Below are positions 38,701 through 53,473 of a stretch of 64,000 nt of DNA, piece after piece; the stretch's first letter is position 1, and every line of letters begins with the position of its first letter. This stretch comes from Anaeramoeba ignava BMAN (taxonomy: Eukaryota; Protista; Anaeramoebae). The notes below the pieces were generated by a model. The model had not been told where the DNA came from. It saw only the letters and a list, made by a program, of their open reading frames with translations, and searched no databases. The position numbers and the translations under genes were made by a program. Location: the NCBI GenBank assembly GCA_028826165.1, contig JAPDFW010000033.1:372001-436000 (forward strand). The letters are read 5' to 3'.

Positions 38701-41662
38701 CAATTTCAAGGAACAGAATGGAATCAAGTGAAATCAATCACAGAAAACGAATCAAAAAACCGGAAGCAACCAAAAACATATCGAATTCACGAATTGCAAA
38801 ATTTAGCATCAATTGATGAAATGGAAAGTATTTCGCCATTGATTTCAGCGAAATTTCTTGATTTGAATAGAGAAGGAACACCTCAATTATATTGTACATG
38901 CGGAAGAGGAGGAAGATCAAGTTTCCGCGTTTTGCGGCATGGATTGTCAGTCCATGAAATTGCGACATCAATTCTGACAGGAACAGTTCCGCATGGTATT
39001 TGGACTATCAAGAGCAATATTGCAGCACAAATTGATAAATATATTGTTATTTCTTATAAAGATTCAACAATGTTTTTGGAAATTGGAGAAAGTGTTGAAG
39101 AAATCACAGAAAAACGTTTCTTGAATTCGGTCTCAACTTTACTTATTGGGTTAATGGAGGATGATTCTATTATTCAAGTTTATCCTCATGGATTCCGTCA
39201 TTCAAATGCAAATGGTCGGATTCGTGAGTGGATTCCTCCATCAAGAAAATCAATTGCAAAATGCACTATGAATTCTTCTCAGTTGGTGATTTATTTAACT
39301 GGTGGTGAATTAATTTATTTTGAGTTGGACGAGACTGGTGATCTTCAAGAGATAAGGAAGATTAATTTTACTGAAGAGATTGTTTGTATGGATATTTCTA
39401 CAGTACCATCTGGGAGAAGATATGCATCATTTTTTGTAAGCAATTTTAAATCAATTTTAAATCAATTTTAAATTAAATATTTAAATCAATTATTTAAATC
39501 AATTTTAAATCAATTATTTAAATTAAATTAAATCAATTATTTAAATTAAATCAAAATTAAATTAAATATTTAAATTAAATCAAATATTTAAATCAAAATT
39601 AAATCAAATATTTAAATTTAAATCAAAATTAAATTTGTAAATAAAGGCAGTTGGAACATATAACAACAACATTCGCATATTCTCTTTAGAATCCGAAAAA
39701 TGTCTCGAAAGTGTTGCACTTCAAATTTTAGATTCAAAACCAGAAAGCGTAATTTTTGTAGAAATGCAATCAACATTTGGAGAAGAAACGGAAACAACAA
39801 TAAACACACTTTTCCTAAACATAGGATTAGATAACGGAATATTTATTCGGTTAGTAGTAGATGAAGTTAACGGAACACTATCAAATTCACGAACAAGATA
39901 TTTAGGAACAAAACCAGTGAAATTATTCCGTGTAAAAAGCGCAGGAGAAAACTCAGTACTTGCGCTATCAAATCGTTCGTGGCTCAGCTATAATTTCCAA
40001 AGCAAATTTTATAACACTCCATTGATTTATTATCCACTTGATTTCGCAGCTCCTTTTTCATCCGAGCATTGCGAAGAAGGAATCGTTGCAATTTCCGAAC
40101 AGACAATGAGAATCATTTATATCGATCGGTTCGGAACAACTTTTAATGAAACATCAACTCCTTTGAAATTAACTCCAAGACATTTTGTTGTTCATCCAAA
40201 TAATCAATGGATAATGATGATCCAATCGGATCGAAATATGCTTTCTGAAACAGAACAAAATCAGATTTGTATGTATGAATTTCGGGATGAAATAGCGCGT
40301 CAAGAAAATAAAAGATCAGGAAATCAAAATTTAAATGAAAATCAAAATTTAAATGAATATCAATATCAAAATGAAAATCAATATCAAAATGAAAATCAAT
40401 ATCAAAATCGAAATTTAAATCAATATCAAAATCAAAATCAATATCAAAATCAATATCAAAATGAAAATGAAAATCAAAATAATGAAGATGAAGATGAAGA
40501 TGAAGATGATGAAGAGGAAGAAAAAAAGCAACTTCTTAACAAACAGGAACAATTCCTCCGTGCGCTTCGTCCTGGAGAGAACAAATGGGCATCTAGTATC
40601 AAGATATATGATATTATCCAGGAAAGCGAGGTGGAGAAATTTGAATTTGGAAATAATGAAAGTGCGATAAGCATTTGCACTTGCAGTTTCCAACAAGGAC
40701 TTTTTATCGTAGTAGGGACTGTAGAAGATCTAATTCTTGCGCCGCGATCATTTGGAAAGGCGTTTCTCTATGTGTTCCAATTAGTGGGGAATGATCCACA
40801 AATGATGGATAACGGAAATCAACGAATCATTGAGTTTATACACAAAACAAAAGTGAATGGGATTCCTTATGCATTGAATGATTTCCACGGGAGATTAATA
40901 GCAGGAATAGGAAATCATCTGTGCATATATGCAATGGGACAGAAGCAGCTTCTGAGGAAATGCATCAACCGAGGATTTCCAACAATGATTTCGCACATTG
41001 AAGTGCAAGGAAACAGAATATTTGCAGCAGATATAGCAGAATCAATACACTATGTGAAATACAACCAGATTGAGAACCAACTCACAATTATCGCGGATGA
41101 CTCGCTTCCTCGGTATGTAACAGCAATGACTGTTCTTGATTACGACACTGTTGCTGTGGGAGATAAATTCGGACAAATTTTTGTGTTGCAAATTCCCGAG
41201 CATATCGAGGATGAGCAAGACATCGAGACTGCAGAGCGGCTGCTGTGGGACAGAGGATATCTCAACGGCGCGCTCAACAAGCTCAACATCATGTGTGAGT
41301 TTCATGTCGGCGAGATTGTCTGCGGATTGCAGAAGACAGTCATGAGCGCCGTTTCTTGTCTGTTCTATACAACAATGATGGGTTCTATTGGTGTTTTGAT
41401 GCCGTTTGTTTCTAGAGATGATGTCGACTTTTTCTCCCTTCTTGAGTCGTTGATTCGCAAGGAATTACCTCCTCTTTGTGGTAATGACCATCTTAAGTTC
41501 CGTTCCTCTTTTTTTCCTGTAAAGGCCGTTATTGATGGTGATTTATGTGAAATGTTTTCTTTGCTTTCTTCAAAAAAACAATTGCAAATTGCAAATAAAC
41601 TTGAAAGATCTGTTGGTGAAGTTTTTAAAAAGTTGGAAGATTTTAAGAATAGGATTTTGTAA
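35773..41662 (+). CDS. SF3B3: Splicing factor 3B subunit 3 (Rse1/SAP130); exons 35773-36166, 37676-37896, 37955-38048, 38195-39435, 39647-41662
   Basis: [77 protein letters not shown]. Confidence 0.97.
36175..37660. repeat. Intronic (AAATTATATTT/C)n 11-mer array
   Basis: Visible tandem repeat in SF3B3 intron 1. Confidence 0.93.
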
Positions 41663-41829
41663 TTGAGTCGAGAATTTTTGCAAAAGAAGATAATACTTTT
41701 TTTTTTATATCTTTTTATAGATTAAAATTTGATTTTAATACAAAGAATTTCAAAGAAAAGAAAAACAAATCAAAGCTAATTAAATAAAAATCTCAAATTC
41801 AAATTCAAATTTTAATAAAAATTTAAAAA

Positions 41830-44630
41830 AATTTATTAATAATTTATAAATAATTTAATTTAAACAAATTTATTAATAATTTAATTTAAAAAAAATAGAA
41901 TAAATTTATAAATAATTTAATTTAAAAAAAATGAAATAAATTTATAAATAATTTAATTTAAAAAAATGGAATAAATTTATTAATAATTTAATTTAATAAT
42001 TTATTTTAAAAAAATGGAATAAATTTATTAATAATTTAATTTAAAAAAAGTGGAATAAATTTATTAATAATTTAATTTAAAAATGGAATAAATTTATTAA
42101 TAATTTAATTTAAAAAAAATAGAATAAATTTATAAATAATTTAATTTTAAAAGATGGAATAAATTTATTAATAATTTAATTTAAAAAAATGGAATAAATT
42201 TATTAATAATTTAATTTTAAAAATGGAATAAATTTATTAATAATTTAATTTAAAAAATGGAATAAATTTATTAATAATTTAATTTAAAAAAAGTGGAATA
42301 AATTTATTAAATAATTTAATTTAAAAAATTGGAATAAATTTATAAATAATTTAATTTAAAAAAAAATGAAATAAATTTATAAATAATTTAATTTAAAAAA
42401 AGTGGAATAAATTTATTAATAATTTAATTTAAAAAAAGTGGAATAAATTTATAAATAATTTAATTTAAAAAAATGGAATAAATTTATAAATAATTTAATT
42501 TAAAAAAATGGAATAAATTTATAAATAATTTAATTTAAAAAATAGAATAAATTTATAAATAATTTAATTTAAAAAAATGGAATAAATTTATTAATAATTT
42601 AATTTTAAAAAAATGGAATAAATTTATTAAATAATTTAATTTAAAAAAAGTGGAATAAATTTATAAATAATTTAATTTAAAAAAAGTGGAATAAATTTAT
42701 AAATAATTTAATTTAAAAAAAAGTGGAATAAATTTATAAATAATTTAATTTAAAAAGTAGAATAAATTTATTAATAATTTAATTTAAAAAAAATGAAATA
42801 AATTTATTAAATAATTTAATTTAAAAAAATGGAATAAATTTATAAATAATTTAATTTAAAAAAATGGAATAAATTTATTAATATTTTATTTTAAAAAAAT
42901 GGAATAAATTTATAAATAATTTAATTTAAAAAAATAGGAATAAATTTATAAATAATTTAATTTAAAAAAAATGGAATAAATTTATTAAATAATTTAATTT
43001 AAAAAAAATGGAATAAATTTATAAATAATTTAATTTAAAAATGGAATAAATTTATTAATAATTTAATTTAAAAAAATGGAATAAATTTATTAAATAATTT
43101 AATTTTAAAAAAATGGAATAAATTTATAAATAATTTAATTTAAAAATGGAATAAATTTATTAATAATTTAATTTAAAAAAATGGAATAAATTTATAAATA
43201 TTTTAATTTAAAAATAGAATAAATTTATAAATAATTTAATTTAAAAAAATGGAATAAATTTATTAATATTTTAATTTAAAAAAAATGGAATAAATTTATA
43301 AATAATTTATTTTAAAAAAAATGGAATAAATTTATAAATAATTTAATTAAAAATGGAATAAATTTATTAATAATTTTATTTTAAAAAGTGGAATAAATTT
43401 ATTAAATAATTTAATTTTAAAAAAATGGAATAAATTTATTAATAATTTATTTTAAAAAAGTGGAATAAATTTATAAATAATTTTAATTTAAAAAGTGGAA
43501 TAAATTTATTAATAATTTAATTTTTAAAAAATGGAATAAATTTATTAAATAATTTAATTTAAAAAATGGAAATAAATTTATAAATAATTTAATTTAAAAA
43601 AATGGAATAAATTTATTAATAATTTAATTTAAAAAATAGGAATAAATTTATAAATAATTTAATTTAAAAAAAATGGAATAAATTTATTAAATAATTTAAT
43701 TTTAAAAAAATGGAATAAATTTATTAATAATTCATTTAAAAAATGGAATAAATTTATAAATAATTTAATTTAAAAAAATGGAATAAATTTATAAATAATT
43801 TAATTTAAAAAAAGTGGAATAAATTTATAAATAATTTAATTTAAAAAAAATGGAATAAATTTATTAATAATTTAATTTAAAAAATAAAATAAATTTATAA
43901 ATAATTTTAATTTAAAAAAATGGAATAAATTTATAAATAATTTAATTTTAAAAAAAGTGGAATAAATTTATAAATAATTTTATTTTAAAAAATGGAATAA
44001 ATTTATAAATAATTTAATTTAAAAAAGTGGAATAAATTTATAAATAATTTAATTTAATAAAAAATGGAATAAATTTATTAATAATTTAATTTAAAAAAAA
44101 TGGAATAAATTTATTAATAATTTAATTTAAAAAAAATGGAATAAATTTATTAATAATTTAATTTAAAAAAATGGAATAAATTTATAAATAATTTAATTTT
44201 AAAAAAATAGGAATAAATTTATTAATAATTTAATTTAAAAAAAGTGGAATAAATTTATTAAATAATTTAATTTAAAAAGTGGAATAAATTTATAAATATT
44301 TTAATTTAAAAAAAATGGAATAAATTTATAAATAATTTAATTTAAAAAAAATGGAATAAATTTATTAATAATTCAATTTAAAAAAAATGGAATAAATTTA
44401 TTAAATAATTTAATTTAAAAAAAATGGAATAAATTTATTAAATAATTTAATTTTAAAAAAATGGAATAAATTTATTAATAATTTAATTTTAAAAATGGAA
44501 TAAATTTATAAATAATTTAATTTAAAAAAATGGAATAAATTTATAAATAATTTATTTTAAAAAAAATGGAATAAATTTATAAATAATTTTATTTTAATAA
44601 AGTGGAATAAATTTATAAATAATTTATTAA
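41830..44630. repeat. Intergenic minisatellite, ~38-41 bp unit A(n)TGGAATAAATTTAT(A/T)AATAATTTAATTT, roughly 70 copies
   Basis: Regular recurrence of TGGAATAAATTTAT across ~2.8 kb. Confidence 0.95.
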
Positions 44631-44875
44631 TAATTTATTAATAATTTTAATTAAAAAAAATGATTAAAGATTTTAATTTAAATTTTTATTTTAATTTGAT
44701 ATTTTTAAATATATATATGAATTATTATTTTAATATTTTTTAATATTTATTAAAAAAAATAAAAGAAAAAAAAAAGCAAAAAAAATTTTTTTAATTTTTT
44801 TTTTTCATTTTTTTTTCAATTCTTATTAAAAAATAAACAAAGAAAAAACCAAAAATTTTAATAATAATTTAATTA

Positions 44876-47800
44876 ATGGCAAAATTAGCAGATCAAGAGT
44901 GGATTAGAGTACAAAAAAAAGTAAGTATTTTCTTTTAAAAAATTAAAAATAAAAATTTAAAATAAAAATTTAAATTATAATAAATAGACTTTTACTAAAT
45001 GGGTTAATTCACATCTTTCCAAACGAAAACTTCAAATTGAAGAATTAGACAAAGATTTTGAAGATGGATTAAAATTAATTGCTCTTTTGGAAATTATTGG
45101 AGATGAAAAATTATCAAGATACAATAAGAATCCAAGACTTAGAATTCAAAAAATTGAAAATGTGAAAGTAGCTTTAAACTTTATTGAGAGTCGAGGAGTA
45201 AAACTAGCATCAATTGGAGCAGAAGGTAAAACAAACAAAAAAAAAGAAGAAAAAAGCAAAAAAATTTCAATAATAAAAAAATAATTAATAGTAATATTTA
45301 TATTTATATTTATATTTATATTTATAATTATATTTATATTTATATTTATATTTATATTTATATTTATATTTATATTTATATTTATATTTATATTTATAAT
45401 TATATTTATATTTATAATTATATTTATATTTATATTTATATTTATATTTATATTTATATTTATATTTATATTTATATTTATATTTATATTTATATTTATA
45501 TTTATATTTATATTTATATTTATATTTATATTTATATTTATATTTATATTTATATTTATATTTTATATTTATAATTTTATTTTATATTTTATTTTATATT
45601 TTATATTTTATATTTATATTTATATTTATATTTATATTTATATATTTATATTTATATTTATATTTATATTTATATTTATATTTATATTTATATTTATATT
45701 TATATTTATATTTTATATTTTATATTTATTATATTTATATTTATATTTATAATTTATATTTATATTTATATTTATATTTATATTTATATTTTATATTTAT
45801 ATTTATATTTATATTTATATTTTATATTTATATTTTATATTTATATTTTATATTTTTATATTTTTTATTTTATATATTTTTTAAATATTTTTAAATATTT
45901 TTTTTAAATATTTTAAATATTTTTAAATATTGTTTTAAATATTTTTAAATATTGTTTAAATATTTTTAAATATTTTTTAAATATTTTTAAATATTTTTAA
46001 ATATTGTTTAAATATTGTTTAAATATTGTTTAAATATTGTTTAAATATTGTTTATATATTGTTCAAATATTGTTTAAATATTGTTTAAATATTGTTTAAA
46101 TATTGTTTAAATATTTTTTATTTCTTGAAATATAAAGATATCGTCGATGGAAACCTTAAATTGATCTTGGGAGCAATCTGGACAGTCATTCTTAGATTCG
46201 CAATCGCAGACATCAGTATCGAACAACTAACAGCCAAAGAAGCACTTCTCCTTTGGTGCCAACGAAAAACCGAAGGATACCGAGATGTTGAGGTGAAAAA
46301 CTTTACATGGAGTTGGCAAGACGGACTTGCATTCAACGCATTGATCCACCGACACCGACCAGATCTTTTGAACTACGACTCACTTCAAAAAGAGAACAAA
46401 GGGGACAATCTAAATCAAGCATTTGATATCGCAGAGAAGGAACTCGGGATTGCGAAATTGCTTGACGCAGAGGATATGGTGGATATAAAACCCGATGAAA
46501 GATCAGTGATGACATATCTTTCAGAATATTTCAAAGTATTTTCAAAAGGACAAAAGGCAGAAGTTGCCGGAAGAAGAATAGGAAAACTCGCGCAATTAAC
46601 ACAACAAAACGACGAGTTAAAAGAAAGTTATGTAACAAAAGCAAGCGGATTGAAGGATTGGATCGTTGCAAAGACCGAAGAAATGAACGAGCGAGAATTT
46701 CCAAATTCGTTAGAAGGAATGCAAAAAAAAATGGATGAATTCAACGAATATCGAACGGACGAGAAGCCACCAAAAACGGCGGAAAAACTAGAACTTGAAG
46801 CGTTGATGAATTCGATCAAAATCAAGCTTGCGTCAAATAACCGACCAACTTATGTACCTCCTGAAGGACTTAGTGTCGAAGAATTGAACCAACTTTGGGA
46901 AGATCTTAATAAAGCAGAAGTTGCGCGATTAGAGGCTCTACAGAACGAGCTCGGGCGACAAAAACAACTGCGTAAACTTGTTGCGCAATTCTGGAAGAAG
47001 GTCCAACGTCTCGAGAACTGGGCTGGCGAGAAGGAAGCTTATCTCCAACAAGAGGAACACATCGAAACACTCGCAATGGCTCAACTTCAGCTCAAAATGC
47101 TCGACAACTACCGCAACGAATACGAGCAATCCAAGACAAGTCTCGCTGAATGCCTCGATTTGGGACAGAAAATCATCGATCTTGATTACGCAGAAAAGGA
47201 AGACGTTGGAAATAAAATGGAAGAACTCCAAAACCGTTGGGAGACAATCGTTGGTCTTGAAAAAACGAAACAGAAAATCCTCGAAGCCGAACAGGCAAAA
47301 CAGCAGAAAATGGAGGATCTCAGATTGCTCTTCAGCAAGAAGGCGCAAGATTATAACCGTTGGCACAAAAATCAAGTGGAAATTGCAAACGATCTCCTTT
47401 TCGGCGAGGATCTCCCCTCAGTCGAGGAATTTGCTGAGAAACTCACAAGCGACGAACAAGGCATCACAGAGGGTTCCACCGAGAAGCGAGATGAGCTTGT
47501 GGCGATCGACGATGAACTACGCGGTCTCGGATCAAAAGACAACAAGTACTCTGTGTTGACAATCAAAGACATCCACACAAAACACGATCAACTGATTGCA
47601 CTTCTCGCTCAGCGACGACAAGCCTATGACAAAGAGCTCGCCAAGCAGAAGGCTATGGAAGAAAAACGGCTCGAATTTGCCGCGCTTGTTGACACATTCA
47701 TCGAGCTTCTGGACACATTGAAATCAAAAATTTCCTCGATCACAGGCGATCCACAGGAATGCATCAATGAGACAAATACCGTCTACGATAATGCAAGTGA

Positions 47801-49106
47801 AGTCAACGCCCAGCTTGCGCGTCTGAAGGAGGTCGATGACGAACAGCACGCCATGCAGATCCGGGATAACAAGCACGCGAAGATGTCCTATGAATCATGC
47901 GTTAAAAAAGCAGACAAATTAGACAAGTGGGTATCTAATTTCCTTTCTGCATTACAGGAGGAAATCGACTTCACAATCCGCAAGAACGCGCAAGACAAAG
48001 AATGGGCAGAAAAGGATCGCATCGAGAATATGCGACTTGACTATGCAACACGAGCCCGTGAATTGCGACTGTGGATCGATTCATCAGAGGATATTATAAC
48101 GGAACCGTTATTCGCAGAATCAGTTGACGAAGTTCGCGCCGCAATTTCCGACACAGACTCAGTGCGGGAAAACATGGAATCCAAACAGGAAGAGCTCAAC
48201 AGCCTCGATACCCTCCACACTCAACTTCTAGACCTCGGCGTTACAGATTTTCTCGGTTATCCCTTTGACACAGTAAGTCAAAAGTGGCAGGATTTGATCG
48301 CTCTCCTCGATTCCAGAGACGCCGAACTCAAAACAGAACTCGACACACAATCGCGCAACGAGCAGATCTGCAGATCCTTCGCAACAAACGCTGAATCCCT
48401 TAACTCCTTCCTTACAGAACAACACAAACTCGCCTCAGCTGAACTTTCTGGTGATCTCAATTCTCAACTGAAAGATGCTCAGGAACAACTCCACTTGGTA
48501 GAAAAACGCGCCTCCAATGTCACAGACCTCAAGAACATCCAAGCACAAATTGACGCCCAACAAATCCATAACAATCCATTTACTTCCTTGACTTTAACAG
48601 ATGTCATCGTGTTTTTCGACCAAGTTCTTGATCTCGTTTCAAAAAAAGCAAACATGATCGAAAATGAAATTCTCATTAAAGAAGGAAGCAAAGTCTCTTC
48701 TTCTCAGCTCAACGACTTCAAAAAAATGTTCAACACTTTTGACAAAGACAAGAAAGGCAGTCTTTATGACTATGAGTTTTCCGCCGTTCTCAATTCACTT
48801 GGTGATGATCTTTCTGACCAAGAACTCAAGGATGTTTTCCAAAAATATGACACTGACAAGAACGGTACAATTGAATTTGACGAGTTTGTCCACTTTATGA
48901 CTGTTCGTCATGAAGATTCTGACACTCGTGAACAATCTCTTGAGAGTTGGCGTATTATTGCTAGTGGCAAGGACTATGTTACCCAAAATGATATGCAAGT
49001 TGCTGGCATGGATACTCAAACTGTTTCCTATTTGGTTCAAAATATGCCCAAGAAAGATGATGGTTTTGATTATGAAGCTTGGGTTGATGACGTTTATAAC
49101 CGATAA
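44876..49106 (+). CDS. Alpha-actinin (~1083 aa); exons 44876-44920, 44988-45225, 46138-49106
   Basis: CH1/CH2 (QKKTFTKWVNSHL, DIVDGNLKLILGAIWTVILRFAI, AKEALLLWCQRKT, SWQDGLAFNALIHRHRPDL, KPDERSVMTY), spectrin-repeat rod, C-terminal EF hands (FDKDKKG, YDTDKNGTIEFDEF). Confidence 0.95.
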
Positions 49107-49434
49107 TTCTTTTTTCTTTTCTTTTCATCAATTTCTTTTCTTTTCTTTTCTTTTCACAATTTCTTTTAATCATTTTTCTTTTGATTTGACAAACTTTCAA
49201 AAACAAAAAATAAAAAACAAAACAAAAATTAAATTTAAATTTTAATTAATAACATGAAAACTAAATTAAATTTAAATTTTAATTAATAACATGAAAACTA
49301 AAATCGGATAAAAATTCAAATAAATTTTATTTAATTAAAATTTGTTCAAATTCTTTTCAAATTAAAAATAAATTCAATAAAAAAAAATCTGTTCAAATCC
49401 TTTTCAAAAAAACAAAAACAAAAACAAAAACAAA

Positions 49435-51248
<1,814 letters not shown>

Positions 51249-52009
51249 TTTAAAAAAATAGAAAGAAATAAAAATAAAAATAAAAATAAAAGAAATAAAA
51301 ATAAAATAAAAGAAAGATAAAAATAAAAGAAAGATAAAAATGTTTTGTATTTTTTTGTTTTTTTTCATTCTGAATTTTTCTTCTTTTTATTTTGATTTAT
51401 TTAAAGGAATGTAATTGTGTTTATTCTTTATAACTTTAGATCCCCCAGTTAAAGAAAATAAAAATTATGATCTCTTTTTGTTTTTTTTTTCTTAATTTTA
51501 TTTTTTTCTTCGTGTATAAACTTTATTATCCTTTTTCTTTTTGATAAAATCTTCTACTTTTTACAATAATTTCCTTTAATTCGTTTGTTTAAATTAGTTT
51601 TTTTTATTGTGATCGTAAACGGGGGTTTTTTTTCAATTACAATTTTGATTTATATTTTCTTCTTTTTTTTTTACTAATAAAAAAATTTTTTTTTAATTAA
51701 ATCAACAAGAAGAAAAAAAGATTTCACTCAAATTAAAAAAAAATAATAAATATCCTTTACTTTTGATTTAAATGATTATTTTATAAATCTTGTTTTTTCA
51801 TTTTTAATTTTTGATTTTTAATTTTCATTTTGATCACAAAATTCACATCAACAAATAAAAAAATAAAGCAAATAAATTCAAAATTCTCAAAATAAAATAA
51901 TCAAAGAAATAATCAAAATTCCCAAAAAAAAAATAATAAAACAAATAAAAACAAAAATGTAAAAAAACAAATTAAAGGATAATTTTTTTAAAAAGGGGTA
52001 TTTTTTAAG

Positions 52010-53380
52010 GATTAATAAAAAAATAAAAATGAACTGATATATTTATAAAAATAGCAAATTCAAAATTCCTCAAAAAATATTTCAATCCATTTTTTATTAA
52101 ATTAAGAATTAATAAAGAATTGATTTAAAATTGATATAAAATTGATTTAAAATTAATAAAAAATAAAAAGGAATTGATCAATTTATAAAAATAACAAATT
52201 CAAAATTCCTCAAAAAATATTTCAATCCATTTTTTATTAAATTAAGAATTAATATAAAATTGATTTAAAATTGATTTAAAATTAATATAAAATTGATTTA
52301 AAAATAAAAAGGAATTGATCAATTTATAAAAATAACAAATTTAAAATTCCTCAAAAAATATTTCAATCCATTTTTTATTAAATTAAGAATTAATAAAGAA
52401 TTGATATAAAATTAATATAAAATTGATTTAAAATTAATAAAAAATAAAGGAATTGATCTATTTATAAAAATAACAAATTCAAAATTCCTCAAAAAATATT
52501 TCAATCCATTTTTTATTAAATTAAGAATTGAATTAGAATTGATATAAAATTGATATAAAATTGATTTAAAATTAATAAAAAAATAAAATAGAATTGATCT
52601 ATTTATAAAAATAGCAAATTCAAAATTCCTCAAAAAATATTTCAATCCATTTTTTATTAAATTAAGAATTGATTTAAAATTGATATAAAATTAATAAAGA
52701 ATTGAATTAAAATTGATATAAAATTGATTTAAAATTGATATAAAATTGATTTAAAATTGATTTAAAATTAATATAAAATTAATTTAAAAATAAAAAGGAA
52801 TTGATCAATTTATAAAAATAGCAAATTTAAAATTCCTCAAAAAATATTTCAATCCATTTTTTATTAAATTAAAATTGATTTAAAATTGATTTAAAATTAA
52901 TAAAAAATTGATATAAAATTGATATAAAATTGATTTAAAATTAATAAAAAAATAAAAAGGAATTGATCTATTTATAAAAATAACAAATTCAAAATTCCTC
53001 AAAAAATATTTCAATCCATTTTTTATTAAATTAAGAATTGAATTAGAATTGATATAAAATTGATATAAAATTGATTTAAAATTAATAAAAAATAAAATAG
53101 AATTGATATATTTATAAAAATAACAAATTCAAAATTCCTCAAAAAATATTTCAATCCATTTTTTATTAAATTAAGAATTAATTTAAAATTGATATAAAAT
53201 TAATAAAGAATTGATTTAAAATTGATTTAAAATTGATTTAAAATTGATATAAAATTAATAAAGAATTGATTTAAAATTGATATAAAATTGATTTAAAATT
53301 GATTTAAAATTGATATAAAATTGATATAAAATTAATATAAAATTGAATTAGAATTGATTTAAAATTGATATAAAATTAAT
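52010..53380. repeat. Compound tandem array: 8 copies of a ~80-bp core separated by variable runs of 11-mers
   Basis: Core ATTTATAAAAATA(A/G)CAAATT(C/T)AAAATTCCTCAAAAAATATTTCAATCCATTTTTTATTAAATTAA at ~52040, 52180, 52320, 52460, 52600, 52808, 52970, 53110; spacers of AATTGAT(A/T)TAA. Confidence 0.93.
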
Positions 53381-53473
53381 AAAAAAGAAATGTGGAATGA
53401 AAAGAAATTTTAATCAAAACTTGAATCATTTGAAAAAAAAAAAAGAAAAGAAAAAAGAAAAAAGAAAAGAAAA

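Noticed and set aside
41830-44630. Telomeric repeat or transposon
   Set aside because: Unit is ~39 bp and not G-rich telomere-like; internal location; no terminal repeats or transposase/RT ORF.
46118-49245. Antisense and alternate-frame ORFs over alpha-actinin (also over SF3B3 and the AmrS fusion)
   Set aside because: Shadow ORFs arising from higher GC in long exons; no recognisable motifs.
52010-53380. CRISPR-like repeat/spacer appearance
   Set aside because: Core is ~80 bp, spacers are themselves 11-mer repeats rather than unique sequence, no cas genes, eukaryotic context.
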